A DNA stretch of 63,265 nt, counting the filler, from Chrysochromulina tobinii (lineage: Eukaryota): the NCBI GenBank assembly GCA_001275005.1. It is 11 parts of 11 records of this genome, joined end to end, with 100 filler letters (N's around TTAATTAATTAA, not from the genome) between each part and the next. Parts side by side here need not be neighbours in the genome. Positions count along the whole stretch, not along the records: positions 33,836 to 38,683 come from JWZX01000435.1; positions 38,784 to 42,145 come from JWZX01000436.1; positions 42,246 to 43,810 come from JWZX01000437.1; positions 43,911 to 46,864 come from JWZX01000438.1; positions 46,965 to 49,313 come from JWZX01000439.1; 6 more parts are not named here. One strand, written 5' to 3'. Of the stretch, positions 36,801 through 48,388 are shown piece after piece (within the stretch, counting starts at the first letter, position 1; each line of letters starts with the position of its first letter). The notes under the pieces are model-generated. The model made no database searches and was not told the origin of the DNA. It saw only the letters and a program-made list of their open reading frames with translations. Both the position numbers and the translations under genes were made by a program.

Positions 36801-38683
36801 TCGATGACGTGGTACGAGTACTGGTCCGAGCCCTCGCCGTCCGCCACCTTCTCCACGCACTGGAAGGTGGTCTTCTCCGAGCCTAACCTTGTCCAAATCG
36901 AGCCGTCCTCGGAGTAATTGCCGCTCATGAGCTTGTGCAAGTACGCCTCGCCTGGCCTCTTGCCCGCCTTTTTGTTGATGTCGATGCCGTAGGTCTTCTT
37001 CAGCCTGGCGGCTGTCTCAGCATTCAGGTCCCCGATGATGAGGCTCGCGCTCATCGCCGCCGATGCCGCCTCGATCAGAGCAGTCCAGACCAACTTGTGG
37101 AACTCGGCACTTCTGCTTGAGACGGGCATGTAGCACACAAAGAGATCGAAGCTGAAGTCGTCGTGCAGCATGCGAAGACGAACTCGAAGAACGCGGCCTC
37201 GAAGAACGTGATCCTCCTCCAGCTTCTCCATGATGTTCGGGTCCCAGGCAAAGAGCACGCCCCCGTGATCGTCCTTGGCCGGCGCCGAGAAAACGACGCT
37301 CGGATCGTACTCCGGCAGGACGCCCTTCCACTTGGCCGCCGGGCGTTGCGATCGCCAGTTGAGACGCATCCCGAGATAGTCCGCGATCGCCCGGCCTCCG
37401 TCGTGCTGCGCGTGCACCTCGGAGATGCCGATGGCCGCGATCTTGTGCGACTGGATGTACTCAATGAGCGCCTCGAATTTGTCGTCGCCGTGGTACTTGA
37501 GCGCAGAGCCGTCGCCCTCGTCGCCCGCGGCGTCGTCTCTTTCTAGTTGATCTGCGAGAGCCCCGGCGAGTCGCTGTTGCAACGGTCCCGCCATCCGAGC
37601 CGAGCGCGCCTGGACGGACCGACCAGGGCGCGCATCGATGAGCGTGAGCCCATTCGCGTTCCAGCCCATGATGCGGTGCTTTCTCTCGCGCTCGATCGAG
37701 ATCGTCGGTCGTGTGAGCAATGGCCTTCCTTCGAGCTGTGTGCGCTCCTTGAGCTTGTCAAGCTCATGTCGTGCTCGCCGCACGCCCCACGTGGTCAGAT
37801 TAGCTAGACCAGGCGGCGCAGCTGCCTTGTTGCGGCCGAGCGCGTGAACTCGCTTGGGCCCGCCGGTATCTGCTCGTTCGTCGTCAGCAGCTGCTTGATC
37901 GCCATCAGACGGCCCAGCCCGTACTTGGGATCGCTCGACGCCCACCTTGTCGCGCGCACGTGCTGTCGCGTGCTGGTGCGAGGCGAGCGCGTCGGCCACG
38001 CTGAGTAGAAGGCAGTGCACGTCCATAATAGACCACATTCCTCCCTTGGAGCAGTCAGTCAACTCGACAGGCAGACCTGACGCCTCTCCTCTTAGTAGCG
38101 TCGCTTCGTCGATGCGTAGTGCTCCGCCAAGGGTGATTGGCGGCATCAGTTGCGAGAGCGGATCACGGTCACACAGTCGTCCCAGCGACCGGAAGAGCAG
38201 TTCCGCTGGAAGCGCGCGTATCCAGATCGTGCCTCCGCCCGCCGGATTCTTGAGCCGCTCGATGCTGCCCTTGTCACCCAGACGGGCGAGCAGCCATGTG
38301 ACCAGCCAGGCCGCGCGAGCCAGCTCCGAGGCGACGCTGGACTCCTGCGTGCTCTCTTCGATCGCAGCGATGGCCGCATTGTCCATGGCTCCCTCGCGTT
38401 TAGCCCAGTGATGAGCGAGAGCTTGGTCGCTGCCCAATCCCAGATCGCCTTCCACTGCGGCTCCCACGCTCAAACCCGCGGCGCGAGCCGCATAGGAGCC
38501 AAGGACTCTCAGTGTTGTCTGAGCGCAGTCTTCGAGCAGCGCCTGCGCCGCGGTAGCCGCCGCTACGCTCGCGCCATCAGGTGCGCCGGTGCCTGCTGTG
38601 CCTGCGGTTGCCGTTCCGTGCGCTGCGGCGCGCGCAGCATCGTCGCGCGTGCCTGCCGGTTGCAGGTAAATGTCCGTGGGCAA
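33836..38683 (-). mobile_element. Non-LTR retrotransposon (APE endonuclease, DUF4326-like domain, RT); partial, with one frameshift and an internal inversion
   Basis: EN motifs IMGWNANGL, ISEVH, CYMP, IIGDLNA and IDHVL (about 37670-36710, minus). RT motifs LIPKPGKD, NAGF..RG and LYFQDY (plus, 34051-34778). GEPIG..EAPLL and WYADD (minus; YADD at 33849-33860). Confidence 0.9.
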
Positions 38684-38783
38684 NNNNNNNNNNNNNNNNN
38701 NNNNNNNNNNNNNNNNNNNNNNNNNNNTTAATTAATTAANNNNNNNNNNNNNNNNNNNNNNNNNNNNNNNNNNNNNNNNNNNN

Positions 38784-40398
38784 CATGCTGTCGCAGGTCT
38801 GTGCCGCGCTTTGCCTCGGACAGCGCACTTTCCCCGCCACGCAGCCGCCTATGTTAACACCCCGCCCTTGCTCTCCCCCGTTCACTTGCGCACAGGTGAA
38901 CATGCTCTACCTCGGCACGACGGTCCTCATCCTCTACGACCTCTCGTACGTCTCTCGCTTCTGGACGCAGTTCGAGGCGTGGCTGAGCATGCAGTTTGCG
39001 ACGCCCAACGGCCTCAAGTCGGCGGTGGACACGAAAAACGCGCGCTACCACATCGTGTGCATCCAGGGCGCCGCCGCCCAGGATGAGCTGTACAGAAAGG
39101 CGCTCGTCGACACTTGGGCCACCAAGACGCCTCAGCAGGCCTTCGACTTCCTCTCTCAGCCGGACGTGACGGTGACCAATGCGAGCGACAAGCGGAACCA
39201 GCTGCCCAAGATCAAGGCGCTCGACGCCACGGTGCAAGGCGCGTTTCAAGCGATCGAGGCGCAGCTGCTGCAGCGGGTTGCGGCGAGCGCCGGGGCCGTG
39301 GAGCGTGCAAAGGCCGAGCTCCAGAAGGGCGAGCGTGAGTGCCAGGAGGCCAAGGCGCGAGAGGACGCCAAAGTGGTGCCCTTAGCAGAGGCGATGGCAA
39401 GGGCCGAGGGCGAGGCGGCGGCCGCGCGCGCGGCCAAGGAGATGCATGCGCTGGCGATCAAGCGCGGCGTGATGCCGATGCTCATGGAGCGGCAGGCGGC
39501 GCAGAAGGCGTGGGAGGCGACGTGGCCGCCCGGACTCAAGATCGAGGGTGGCTCGCTGCGTGGTAAAGCGACCGAGTACGTGGGCCTCTACATGCTCGAT
39601 GGTAGGCTTGTAAACGGCCGGCCCGCGTGGAAGCACACAAACGGAAGCTGCTGGATTGCGTTCAGTGGAACTAGCTGGATCGCGCAGCCTGAGGCCAACC
39701 TTGGTCAGAAGTTAGGCTTTCTGATGCTCACGGACGCAGCTGCTGCCAGCCCGGATGCGAGCTCCGCGACGTGGCAAGCGAGCGCCGGTTCGGGCTCTGC
39801 GTGGGCTTCACAGCCAGCACTCAAGTGCACCATTGCAACCGCCGCTGAATTATCGGCCGCGCAGGCGGCCGCAGTACTTCGCGCTAAAGAGGAGCGTCGC
39901 GCTCGGGCAGCCGCCGCTCGAGAGGCATCAGTCAAGAACTTTCGCGGCCCCTGCGCCGACCGTTGCAAGCCTCTGGCGCCGTGCTTCTGCGTCTCAGCGG
40001 ACGGCGAGGCGATCTTTGGCTGTGTGCCCACAGAGCGTAGCTACTTTCTGCCGGCGTGCCTCCACATGGCCTTGTGCCCGCAGCTGGGGTGCGATCCACT
40101 TGGTAGCGTCGAGAAACTGGGAGGGGAAGGTCCTCGCCAGGGTCTGTACGTCACCACTTTGATGACTACTCTCGGTCTTTGCTGCATTCAAGGAAATTCA
40201 GCGGCGACCAGCGAAGACTCCAACGAGGCTGTTTGCTGCGTGCAAGTTGAATCTTTCGCCTTTCAACAAGAAAACGACTTACGTTGGTACCAACTCAAAG
40301 ATTCGAACCAGCATGCGATTGTACCCGGGGAGAGGGACTCGACCCCCCAACCTTTCGCACCGCTCGGCTCGGCCTCCGCCCCGCGCTCCCTCGTGTGA
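38784..40398 (+). CDS. HET-domain protein, 3' part (intron 38797-38895): coiled coil, small beta domain, Cys-rich tail
   Basis: VNMLYL..VLIL.D..Y.SRFWTQFEAWL continues the HET-like motifs found at 41639-42070; the 3' end is uncertain. Confidence 0.75.
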
Positions 40399-40560
40399 TC
40401 CCACCGCTGAGCGCCCCCCTTGCCCCTCACGCCTGCTCCACCCTGCTCGCTGCACTCAGGGTCTGGTTCTGGGAGTGGAGAAGAGGCGACTCGACGCGAG
40501 AGGCTGCGGGTTCGAATCCTTCGGGGAGCTACCAATTTGTGTAAAAATTAAAAAAAAACA
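40277..40560. repeat. Cluster of degenerate tRNA-3'-half-like segments (SINE-like)
   Basis: Plus: GGGTTCGAATCC..GCTACCA then an A-rich tail. Minus: GGTTCGAATC..GGTACCA and GGGTCGAGTCCC..GTACAA. No full cloverleaf. Confidence 0.45.
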
Positions 40561-41638
40561 TGTTTAAACATTAGGCCTCTTCTCATGCGCGCCTCCATGG
40601 CAGACTTGTACGCAGTCGCAATAGGCGTCACCGACGGCATGTCTGACGCGACGCACACCGGGGAAGCGTAGAGTGCGCCGCTTGACCCCAACATATAAGC
40701 GGCTGTGAACCACCGTGTGAAGAGACAGTTGGCGGAGCCATCATTAGCCCGGCCAGGGGGAAGGGATATGAGGGGAGATGTCTCCCGGCTGCGTTTGGTA
40801 CCATGGGGATACATATCGGGAGATCTGCTGCTCAGGTTTCGAGGCCCAAGGGGGATTCTCGAAATTAGTCGATGCGCATCCTGATCAATCCCAACGGGAG
40901 ATACACGTGGCAGATTGTGTACTACTCGGCACCTCTGCAGACTGCACCTCGCTCCTCGGGGGAGAGTTTCGAAGCGTTAGAAGCGCAATGGTGCGCATGG
41001 TGTCTTTTGAGAGCTCTCCGAACATGAGAGCTAAGTGGTCCCGCCCACCCACCGCGATGAAAGCCCTGGTCTAGCTTTAGCAGGGACCGGGTTGTCGAGC
41101 TCACCAGGCTGCCTTTGTGTAGCATTGATGAACCGCAATTCAAGTTTCAACACGCGACCAGGTTTACATGTACTGCCGCGTGTCGCCCAAAGTTACGCGA
41201 CTGTGAACTCAACGTGAAGGTGTCGATCACATGTTACGGTATCAATCATGGAACCAGATCGGGGGATAGGGCTGGATCGTTGATCTTGGGATGTCGCGCT
41301 CACATAGCGCTCACCACAGGCTGCCTTTGTGTAGTTATTGATGAACCGCAAGATCACCAACCTACGCGACTACAATTAACCACAAGTTTGCTGACTCGTT
41401 GGTGTGAACCCCTTTTTTTCTTCACTGCATCGAAGTCGCTCTTCGCAAGCGGCCTTTGGTAAATTCATTTTCCCGTCGGCTCACGACGTGTCAAAAAGAC
41501 CGTTGAAGTGCTTTTTTTGGCAACTTTGGCTTTTGGACTCGTGTCGACGTCTCTGCGCGATACTCCCGGTGGAGGCGAACTCCTCGCCCCTCGCAGCCTC
41601 AGCGCGGCAACGCGTTACGGGTCCAAACACGTGGCGTC

Positions 41639-42145
41639 TTGGACGCGACCAGCGCTACGGTACTCATGGAATTGGTACTTCGAGCGCTGGCGAGCCCTGT
41701 CTCGTGTAGGTTCTGGATGATCAAGGCGGACTTCCTGCGCACCTTCTCCGGCAAGAACCTGCCCTTTTTCCAGGAGCTGCGCGCGAAGCACCCGAGTGCT
41801 TTCGTGGAGGTCACCATGAACTATGAAGAGGTGGTCCGTGGGACACATGTCGAGAAGATTCTGTCCATCTCCCATCGCTGGATGGAGCCTACACAGCCCG
41901 ACCCTGACGGCGAACAGCTCAAGGCCATCAAGGCCTTTCTCGTTTCGTCGGCTGGCAAGCGGATTGAGCTCGTGTGGATCGACGGCGGCTCCATGCCACA
42001 GCACCAGCCTACCGTCGGCCTCATTCGCAGCGAACAGGACACGGCCGATTTCAAGAACATGCTGTCGCAGGTCTGTGCCGCGCTTTGCCTCGGACAGCGC
42101 ACTTTCCCCGCCACGCAGCCGCCTATGTTAACACCCCGCCCTTGC
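41639..42145 (+). CDS. HET-domain protein, 5' part
   Basis: LSISHRW...PDPDGEQL, VWIDGGSMPQ, FKNMLSQ; the last 88 nt (42058-42145) are identical to the contig start (38784-38871); start uncertain. Confidence 0.75.
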
Positions 42146-42245
42146 NNNNNNNNNNNNNNNNNNNNNNNNNNNNNNNNNNNNNNNNNNNNTTAATTAATTA
42201 ANNNNNNNNNNNNNNNNNNNNNNNNNNNNNNNNNNNNNNNNNNNN

Positions 42246-43810
42246 ACGCATTCACGTGCAACGCACCTGCCCGCACGGCGCCGGTGCCCTGCACACGCAT
42301 CGTGCCGGCCACCACCTCGAGCACACCCACAGATGTCGACGACGTCGTCAGGATGGCGCCGGTCTCGACCAACAACGTGCCGGCCTCGATCCGACCGACG
42401 GATGCGTTGATCGTGAGCGTGGTCGATCCGTTGATCTTGAGCGTGCTCGACGCGCCGATCGGCTCCGCGCTCGTCCACACTGTACTCAGGAGCTGCATCG
42501 TCACCGTCGCGACGCGCGAGTGCGCCAGCCATGTGCACAAGCTTGTCGACAGCGACGTGGCCTCGAGCAAGCGCGTGGTCACGTCAGACGACAAGCCGAT
42601 CACGTGCGTCGCATTCACGCTGTAGTGCACATCGACCTTGCTGTTCACGAGCCTGAGTGTGTGCAGCGCAAGGCTGCCGTTGCCGCTCGCAGGCAGTCGC
42701 ACGTAGCCGCCGACCAGCGACGAGCTCGTCGCCGCGTTGTCCACCACAAGCGTGCGAACGCCGCTCACAGACGTGAAGATGGTCCCAGGCGCACCCACAC
42801 CCTCATTTCCCGCGTCGTTCAAACCCCTCTGGCCGCCGACTGCACTCATCGCAATGCTACTCGCGAGCTGCGATGCGCAGTGCACGGCGATACGACCGCC
42901 AGCCCCGCCGCCTCCAGCGTTCTGCCGTTGGCCAACAAACGAGCCCGATGAGCCTCCGGCCCCGCCAGTGGCCTGAAGAGAGCCGGTGCCGAGCATGCTC
43001 TCGGCGGTGATCCATATCGAGCCCGCCGCGGCACCGCCGCCTCCGTTGTACGGGTTGTCGCCGCACCCGGACTGGCAGTTGATGCCTGAGTCGGCGCCCT
43101 GGGCGCCGTTGGCACGAATCGAAGCCGAAGGCGCCATCGTCAGCGAGCCGCTCACGTCGATGCGCACGGTGCCTCCGCCTGCGCCGCCGTCGCGGAAGTG
43201 GGCGGCAGCACCAGCAGACCTCCGGCACACGGCGCCACGGGTATTCGAACAGTGCCAATCGTTCCATAGCTCGGAGTCCTCCCAAATGGCGACACAATCC
43301 TCGTCGCCCCAGTTGTCTGGGTGACCAGGCCACCAGTTGGAGTAGTCCCACGGAGTGCCGTCGGACCACCTCCAGGTGCCCTCGCTTGCCACGTCATTTG
43401 CACCGATCCACGCGATGGATCGAGGGACGATGGCTCGCACAGCGGCGTTCTCCGCGGCGCTGTGGATGCTTGCGTAATCGCCGCCGAGAGACTGGCACGC
43501 TGCGCGCCCAGCCGCCCACGTGCCGAAGAATGGCACGTAGGTCAAGTAGTAGCTCGGATACCGTCCACGCCCGCCGCCACTGCCGGCACTGACCGGCTGC
43601 TCGATCACGCCGTACGCGATGCCACCGGCGTCTCCGCCGTGGCCGGCGCCGCCGGTGCCGCCATGCCCGCCGCCGCTGCCGCCGCCAGTCCCATCCGACG
43701 GCTCGGCGCCGGCCCCAGTGCCGTTGAGCTGAGCGAAGCCTTTCGCCGAGGCATCGAGCCTGCTGCTGCCCTGCATGTTCAGGCTGACTGCAGCGACGGT
43801 GATCGAGGCT
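42246..43810 (-). CDS. Internal fragment of a large extracellular Gly-rich beta-repeat protein containing a C-type lectin domain
   Basis: W..ACQSLGG.YASIHS..EN, WIGAND..EG.W.WSDG, DCV, WND..C..VC; flanking GGGAGGRI-type motifs; open at both contig ends. Confidence 0.8.
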
Positions 43811-44010
43811 NNNNNNNNNNNNNNNNNNNNNNNNNNNNNNNNNNNNNNNNNNNNTTAATTAATTAANNNNNNNNNNNNNNNNNNNNNNNNNNNNNNNNNN
43901 NNNNNNNNNNACTTGTGTTGACCGAGGGGAGCGGAGCCGTCCGGCGAGACGGTGGTGGAGTGAGCGTGGGGGGACCGCGACGAAACTGAACTGAACTGGA
44001 GCGGAGCGGC

Positions 44011-45474
44011 GTGAACACAAACATGACACTTCGTGCAACGGCCAGGCTTGGAGACCCACGCGTGTTGGAAACCCGCGCGCCGGCATCAGGGATGCAGGTC
44101 ACCGACGGCATTTCGAAACCAGATCGGCGATCTGCATCCGCTTGCGTTGCCTGTCGTCTGTCCAAGGTGAAGTGCGACCTGCCCGAAACGGGCGTGTGCA
44201 GCCGCTGTGCTCGGCTCGGGCTTTCGTGCGTGGTCTCAACATCCAGAAGGGGGCAGCCCAACGTGAAGCGTGACGTGGCCAGGCTGGGGCCAGCGGTGCG
44301 CGCGATGCTCACCCAAGGCTCCGAAACGACAACTCTGACGCCAGATATGGAGATGAGCTTGGCCGCTGTCCCCGACGACAAATCGCTATGCTGGTCCGGC
44401 AGCAAGTGCCAGCGCATGGTCGTGGAGAGCATCGACAACGACGAGGGCAAGCTTGCGCTGCTCAAGCATTGGCTGCTGATTGGCATGCGCTCGCAGAACT
44501 GCGGCCTGCTCGGCAACGTGCTCATGCTCGCGCACTCGTACGGCTTTGCGGATCTGAACCTCTTCCAGAAGCAGCTCACGGAGCCTGCGTCCCCGCAGTG
44601 GTTGCTGCCGCCGTATCTGCGCGAGTGGTTCGACGAGCCCCAGCGTGCGTGCAACCTGCGCTTGCAGCACGAGGGGGGGCTCCGCTTTGAGGCCAACCAA
44701 CCTTTCTGCCATCTGGTCGCCGACCCCACGACTCTCGAAGGGCAGCTGCTCGAAGAGGTGCCCGATCTGCTCTCCAAGATTGATTGGCAGATCTGCAAGG
44801 CAGAGATCTTTCTAGCGTCGGCGCTGCACCCAGACGATCGCATGAACCTGATGATGCTGGCGGCCACGCTTTGGGCCCAGGTTGCCGTGGCGCCGGTGGA
44901 CGCCAGCGGCGTGCGGCGGACGCAGGCGGCCGCGCCGTCGACAGTACGATGCTCGGTGATCTGCACGGATGCCACCACCCGCGAGTATGTGCCTTGTAGG
45001 CTCGAGGGGCGGTGCGAGATGCATCGGGACTCGCAGCTGGTGGGCACCATCTTCAGCATCTCCGCGGTTGGGGTGCCGTGCCCTTTCTCAGCACACAGGC
45101 CTGTTGGGCTGCACCCTCACCGTTTCTCTGCCACGGCGCCGACGCTGCGCCTCGACCTCGGATGCATCAGCAGCATGCATCCGATGATTTCATCACCACC
45201 TCGCGAGCCTGATGCTCACGAAGGCGTGGATTTGTCGCAGATGATGCTCGAGAGTGATCTCCAGGACCTGGGCCTCATACTCACGGAGAGTGGTAGTCTG
45301 GAAGTGGAAGGGCTCGGAGGCCTGATGCTTCATGATCACGAACGCGGAAGCATGTCCTGCTGTGCTCACGGCAACTGTGCGATCCATGACGCGGAGGCAG
45401 TCGTGCATGATCACGTGCACGCCCACAGCTGTGGCCACGACCACAGCCACGGCCAGGACCACGGCCTGCTCTGA
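44011..45474 (+). CDS. Zn(II)2Cys6 transcription factor with PAS-like middle region and His-rich tail
   Basis: CVACRLSKVKCDLPETGVCSRCARLGLSC (C-x2-C-x6-C-x7-C-x2-C-x6-C); true start may be ATG 44023 or 44092. Confidence 0.85.
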   Translation: MNTNMTLRATARLGDPRVLETRAPASGMQVTDGISKPDRRSASACVACRLSKVKCDLPETGVCSRCARLGLSCVVSTSRRGQPNVKRDVARLGPAVRAMLTQGSETTTLTPDMEMSLAAVPDDKSLCWSGSKCQRMVVESIDNDEGKLALLKHWLLIGMRSQNCGLLGNVLMLAHSYGFADLNLFQKQLTEPASPQWLLPPYLREWFDEPQRACNLRLQHEGGLRFEANQPFCHLVADPTTLEGQLLEEVPDLLSKIDWQICKAEIFLASALHPDDRMNLMMLAATLWAQVAVAPVDASGVRRTQAAAPSTVRCSVICTDATTREYVPCRLEGRCEMHRDSQLVGTIFSISAVGVPCPFSAHRPVGLHPHRFSATAPTLRLDLGCISSMHPMISSPPREPDAHEGVDLSQMMLESDLQDLGLILTESGSLEVEGLGGLMLHDHERGSMSCCAHGNCAIHDAEAVVHDHVHAHSCGHDHSHGQDHGLL

Positions 45475-45477
45475 ACG

Positions 45478-45654
45478 AAGGAGATACGAGGGAGATACGA
45501 GGGAGAACCAGGGAGATAGCCACGGCCAGGACCACGGCCTGCCCTGAACGAAGCAGCATCGGCGAGGAAACGGAAGAGGGGGACCAGGGAGATACGAGGG
45601 AGATACCAGGGAGAACCAGGGAGATACCAGGGAGATACCAGGGAGATACCAGGG
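45478..45654. repeat. (GGGAGATACCA)-like tandem units plus a duplicated GCCACGGCCAGGACCACGGCCTGC block
   Basis: Directly visible downstream of the TF stop codon. Confidence 0.75.
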
Positions 45655-46415
45655 GTGTGAATGGCATCTGCATGGTCTCAGTACCCGAGAGACTGCATGA
45701 GTGCTCGAAGCGGAGGTCATTTGATGGATCAGGTAAGGTTCAGGGGAGCTCGGGGCGCGACCAGGGAGCACCTACGCACCCTTCCTGCACCCTGCATATG
45801 GACGCGTGCACTTTCCGTCCGCGGCATTGAGCTGCCGCACGGCATCGGCTGGGGTGATTCTCGTCTGGCCGTCGTGTTGACTCGTGACATGTGAGCGTGT
45901 GAGTGACTCGTAGCAACCTAGCGAAGTACCAAGTAGTAGGTCGGGTCGTGAGGTGTGACTCCCGTCAGACAGTGATGAGTCCGGTCCGTTATCCGCGTCG
46001 CGTGTATCTCGCTCGTAATACAAGACTCTGTAGTCGGTAGACCGCCGCCGCGCGACGTCCAACCCGATTTACGTATCGTGATTCCCCCCCGGAAATGCCG
46101 TCCTCACGCACGCTCACAGTCCCACACGTCACGAAGAGCAGAGCACACAATGTGACACCACAGCCGATATTCGACTTCTGACAGCCGGCAGCGGGAGAAG
46201 TACCCCGGGCCGTCCGCACAACACCCACGACACAAAACCCCATGCTGGCCCCATCATCCACACGGCCAGCGTACTATTGCGTGTGGATGTGCAGCGCAGC
46301 GACCGGACCTCCCACCCTCGGCACGCCCGGATCCAGCGTACGATAGGAATATCTGGATCGCCCGGATCCAGCGTACGATAGGAAACAGAAAATCTGGCAA
46401 GACCGACGCATTGTT

Positions 46416-46770
46416 TCACTGCAGCTGTGCGCTGTCGTGCTCACTGCCACCGTCGCCATCGCCGCCCTCGCCCTCGACATCATCGTCGTCGCCGTCGCCT
46501 TCGTCGTCGCTGTCGTCGACGGCCATGTCGTCGTCGCCGCCTTCCTCGTCGTCGTGGTTGCTGCCCGCGGCACCTTGCAGTTGCATCAGCATCATGAGTG
46601 GCACCAGCTGCCCATTGAGCTGGACCAGAGGTCCAAAGGTTGGGTGATGAGCCACCACCTGCAGCCCATGGCTGCCTGCAAACCCTGCGCCGTCTTCGAC
46701 TTCGACTTCCTCGTCCTCCTCCTCGTCCTCCTCGACGTCCCCCATGTGCTCGGACGTGGTGCCATTCGCC
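46416..46770 (-). CDS. Acidic low-complexity terminal exon of an unidentified gene
   Basis: D/E-rich frame downstream of a C-rich intron-like tract at the contig end. Confidence 0.35.
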
Positions 46771-46964
46771 TGCAAGCACGGGGCGGAGCGTGGGGGGAGC
46801 ATGGGGGGGAGCGTGGGGTGAGCGTGGGGGGCTGGAGCGGTGGGGGGGGTGAGCGTGGGGTGAGNNNNNNNNNNNNNNNNNNNNNNNNNNNNNNNNNNNN
46901 NNNNNNNNTTAATTAATTAANNNNNNNNNNNNNNNNNNNNNNNNNNNNNNNNNNNNNNNNNNNN

Positions 46965-48149
46965 ACGGACGTGGAGCTCATCGGGGCGTCTGAGGACGCG
47001 TGGATCCTGGAGGATCCCGAGTGGGTGGCGGGGGTGGAGGGCGGCCGGGACGTGCTGAGCAAGGGGGTGCTCACGGTGGACAAGGTGGAGGGGCGCGTGC
47101 GCGGGCTGAATCTGCGCGGGAAGTGGAAGGGGGAGGCGCTGCCGGCGTCTGTGGCGAGGCTGACGGCGCTGCGAGAGCTCACGATGACAGAGTGCAGGTC
47201 GCTCAAGTCGGTCGCGGACCTCCCCGCGTCGGTGACGCAGATTCTTGGGTACGCCTTTTACGGCTGCAACTCGCTCGCGTCGATCACGCTCCCCGCGTCG
47301 GTGACGCAGATTGGTAGGCACGCCTTTATCAGCTGCTCGCCGCTCGCGTCGATCACGCTCCCCGAGTCGGTGACGCAGATAGATGAGTACGCCTTTTCCG
47401 GCTGCACCTCGCTCGCGTCGATCACGATCCCCAAGTCGGTGACGCAGATTGGTGAGAAAGCCTTTGAAGGCTGCACCTCGCTTTTGTCGATCACGATCCC
47501 ATCGGCGACCCTCGTCGACCCATCGGCCTTCGGCGAGCACACTCAAGTCACCTTCATGGCTCTGGAGCTCATCGGGGCGTCTGAGGACGCGTGGATCCTG
47601 GAGGATCCCGAGTGGGTGGCGGGGGTGGAGGGCGGCCGGGACGGGCTCTGCTGGGTGCTCACGGCGGACAAGGAGGGGCGCGTGTGCGGGCTGAATCTGA
47701 GCTGGGGGAAGTGGAAGGGGGAGGCGCTGCCGGCGTCTGTGGCGAGGCTGACGGCGCTGCGAGAGCTCACGATGAAAGCCTGCAAGTCGCTCAAGTCGGT
47801 GGCGGTCCTCCCCGCGTCGGTGACGCAGATTGGTAAGGACGCCTTTCAGGGCTGCAAATCGCTCGCGTCGATCACGATCCCCGCGTCGGTGACGCAGATT
47901 GGTAAGGGCGCCTTTGACGGCTGCAAATCGCTCGCGTCGATCACGCTCCCCGAGTCGGTGACGCAGATTGGTATATTCGCCTTTAACGACTGCACCTCGC
48001 TCGCGTCGATCACGCTCCCCGCGTCGGTGACGCAGATTGGTGAGCGCGCCTTTTACAACTGCACCTCGCTTTTGTCTATTACGATCCCATCATCGACCGT
48101 CGTCGACCCATCGGCCTTCAGCGCGTACACTCAAGTCACCCGCGCATAG
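46965..48149 (+). CDS. BspA-type (LRR_5) leucine-rich repeat protein, 5'-partial
   Basis: Repeats SITLPASVTQIGxxAFxGCxSL; whole module duplicated with 591-nt period. Confidence 0.92.
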   Translation, partial: TDVELIGASEDAWILEDPEWVAGVEGGRDVLSKGVLTVDKVEGRVRGLNLRGKWKGEALPASVARLTALRELTMTECRSLKSVADLPASVTQILGYAFYGCNSLASITLPASVTQIGRHAFISCSPLASITLPESVTQIDEYAFSGCTSLASITIPKSVTQIGEKAFEGCTSLLSITIPSATLVDPSAFGEHTQVTFMALELIGASEDAWILEDPEWVAGVEGGRDGLCWVLTADKEGRVCGLNLSWGKWKGEALPASVARLTALRELTMKACKSLKSVAVLPASVTQIGKDAFQGCKSLASITIPASVTQIGKGAFDGCKSLASITLPESVTQIGIFAFNDCTSLASITLPASVTQIGERAFYNCTSLLSITIPSSTVVDPSAFSAYTQVTRA

Positions 48150-48388
48150 GCCGGCTCTGGAGCGCGCTGCGCGGAAGACCAGCAGGCCCCACATCTCTCT
48201 CTGGCGTGTGCCCGCCGCGCGCCGTGCGATGCCCCAGAGGCATCAGCCGCGACCGACTCATCGGGGTTGCCCCGCGCGGCGGCGTGGGCTCGGTCACTCC
48301 AACGGACGGCGGGACACAGGCGTCGCGAGCACGCGCTCCCCGGTGGCGCCACACACGGCCACACGGCCTCGCACGAGAGCGCGCCCGC

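Noticed and set aside
40455..40535. Functional tRNA gene
   Set aside because: Only a T-loop and CCA-like end; no acceptor-stem pairing, D-arm or anticodon arm.
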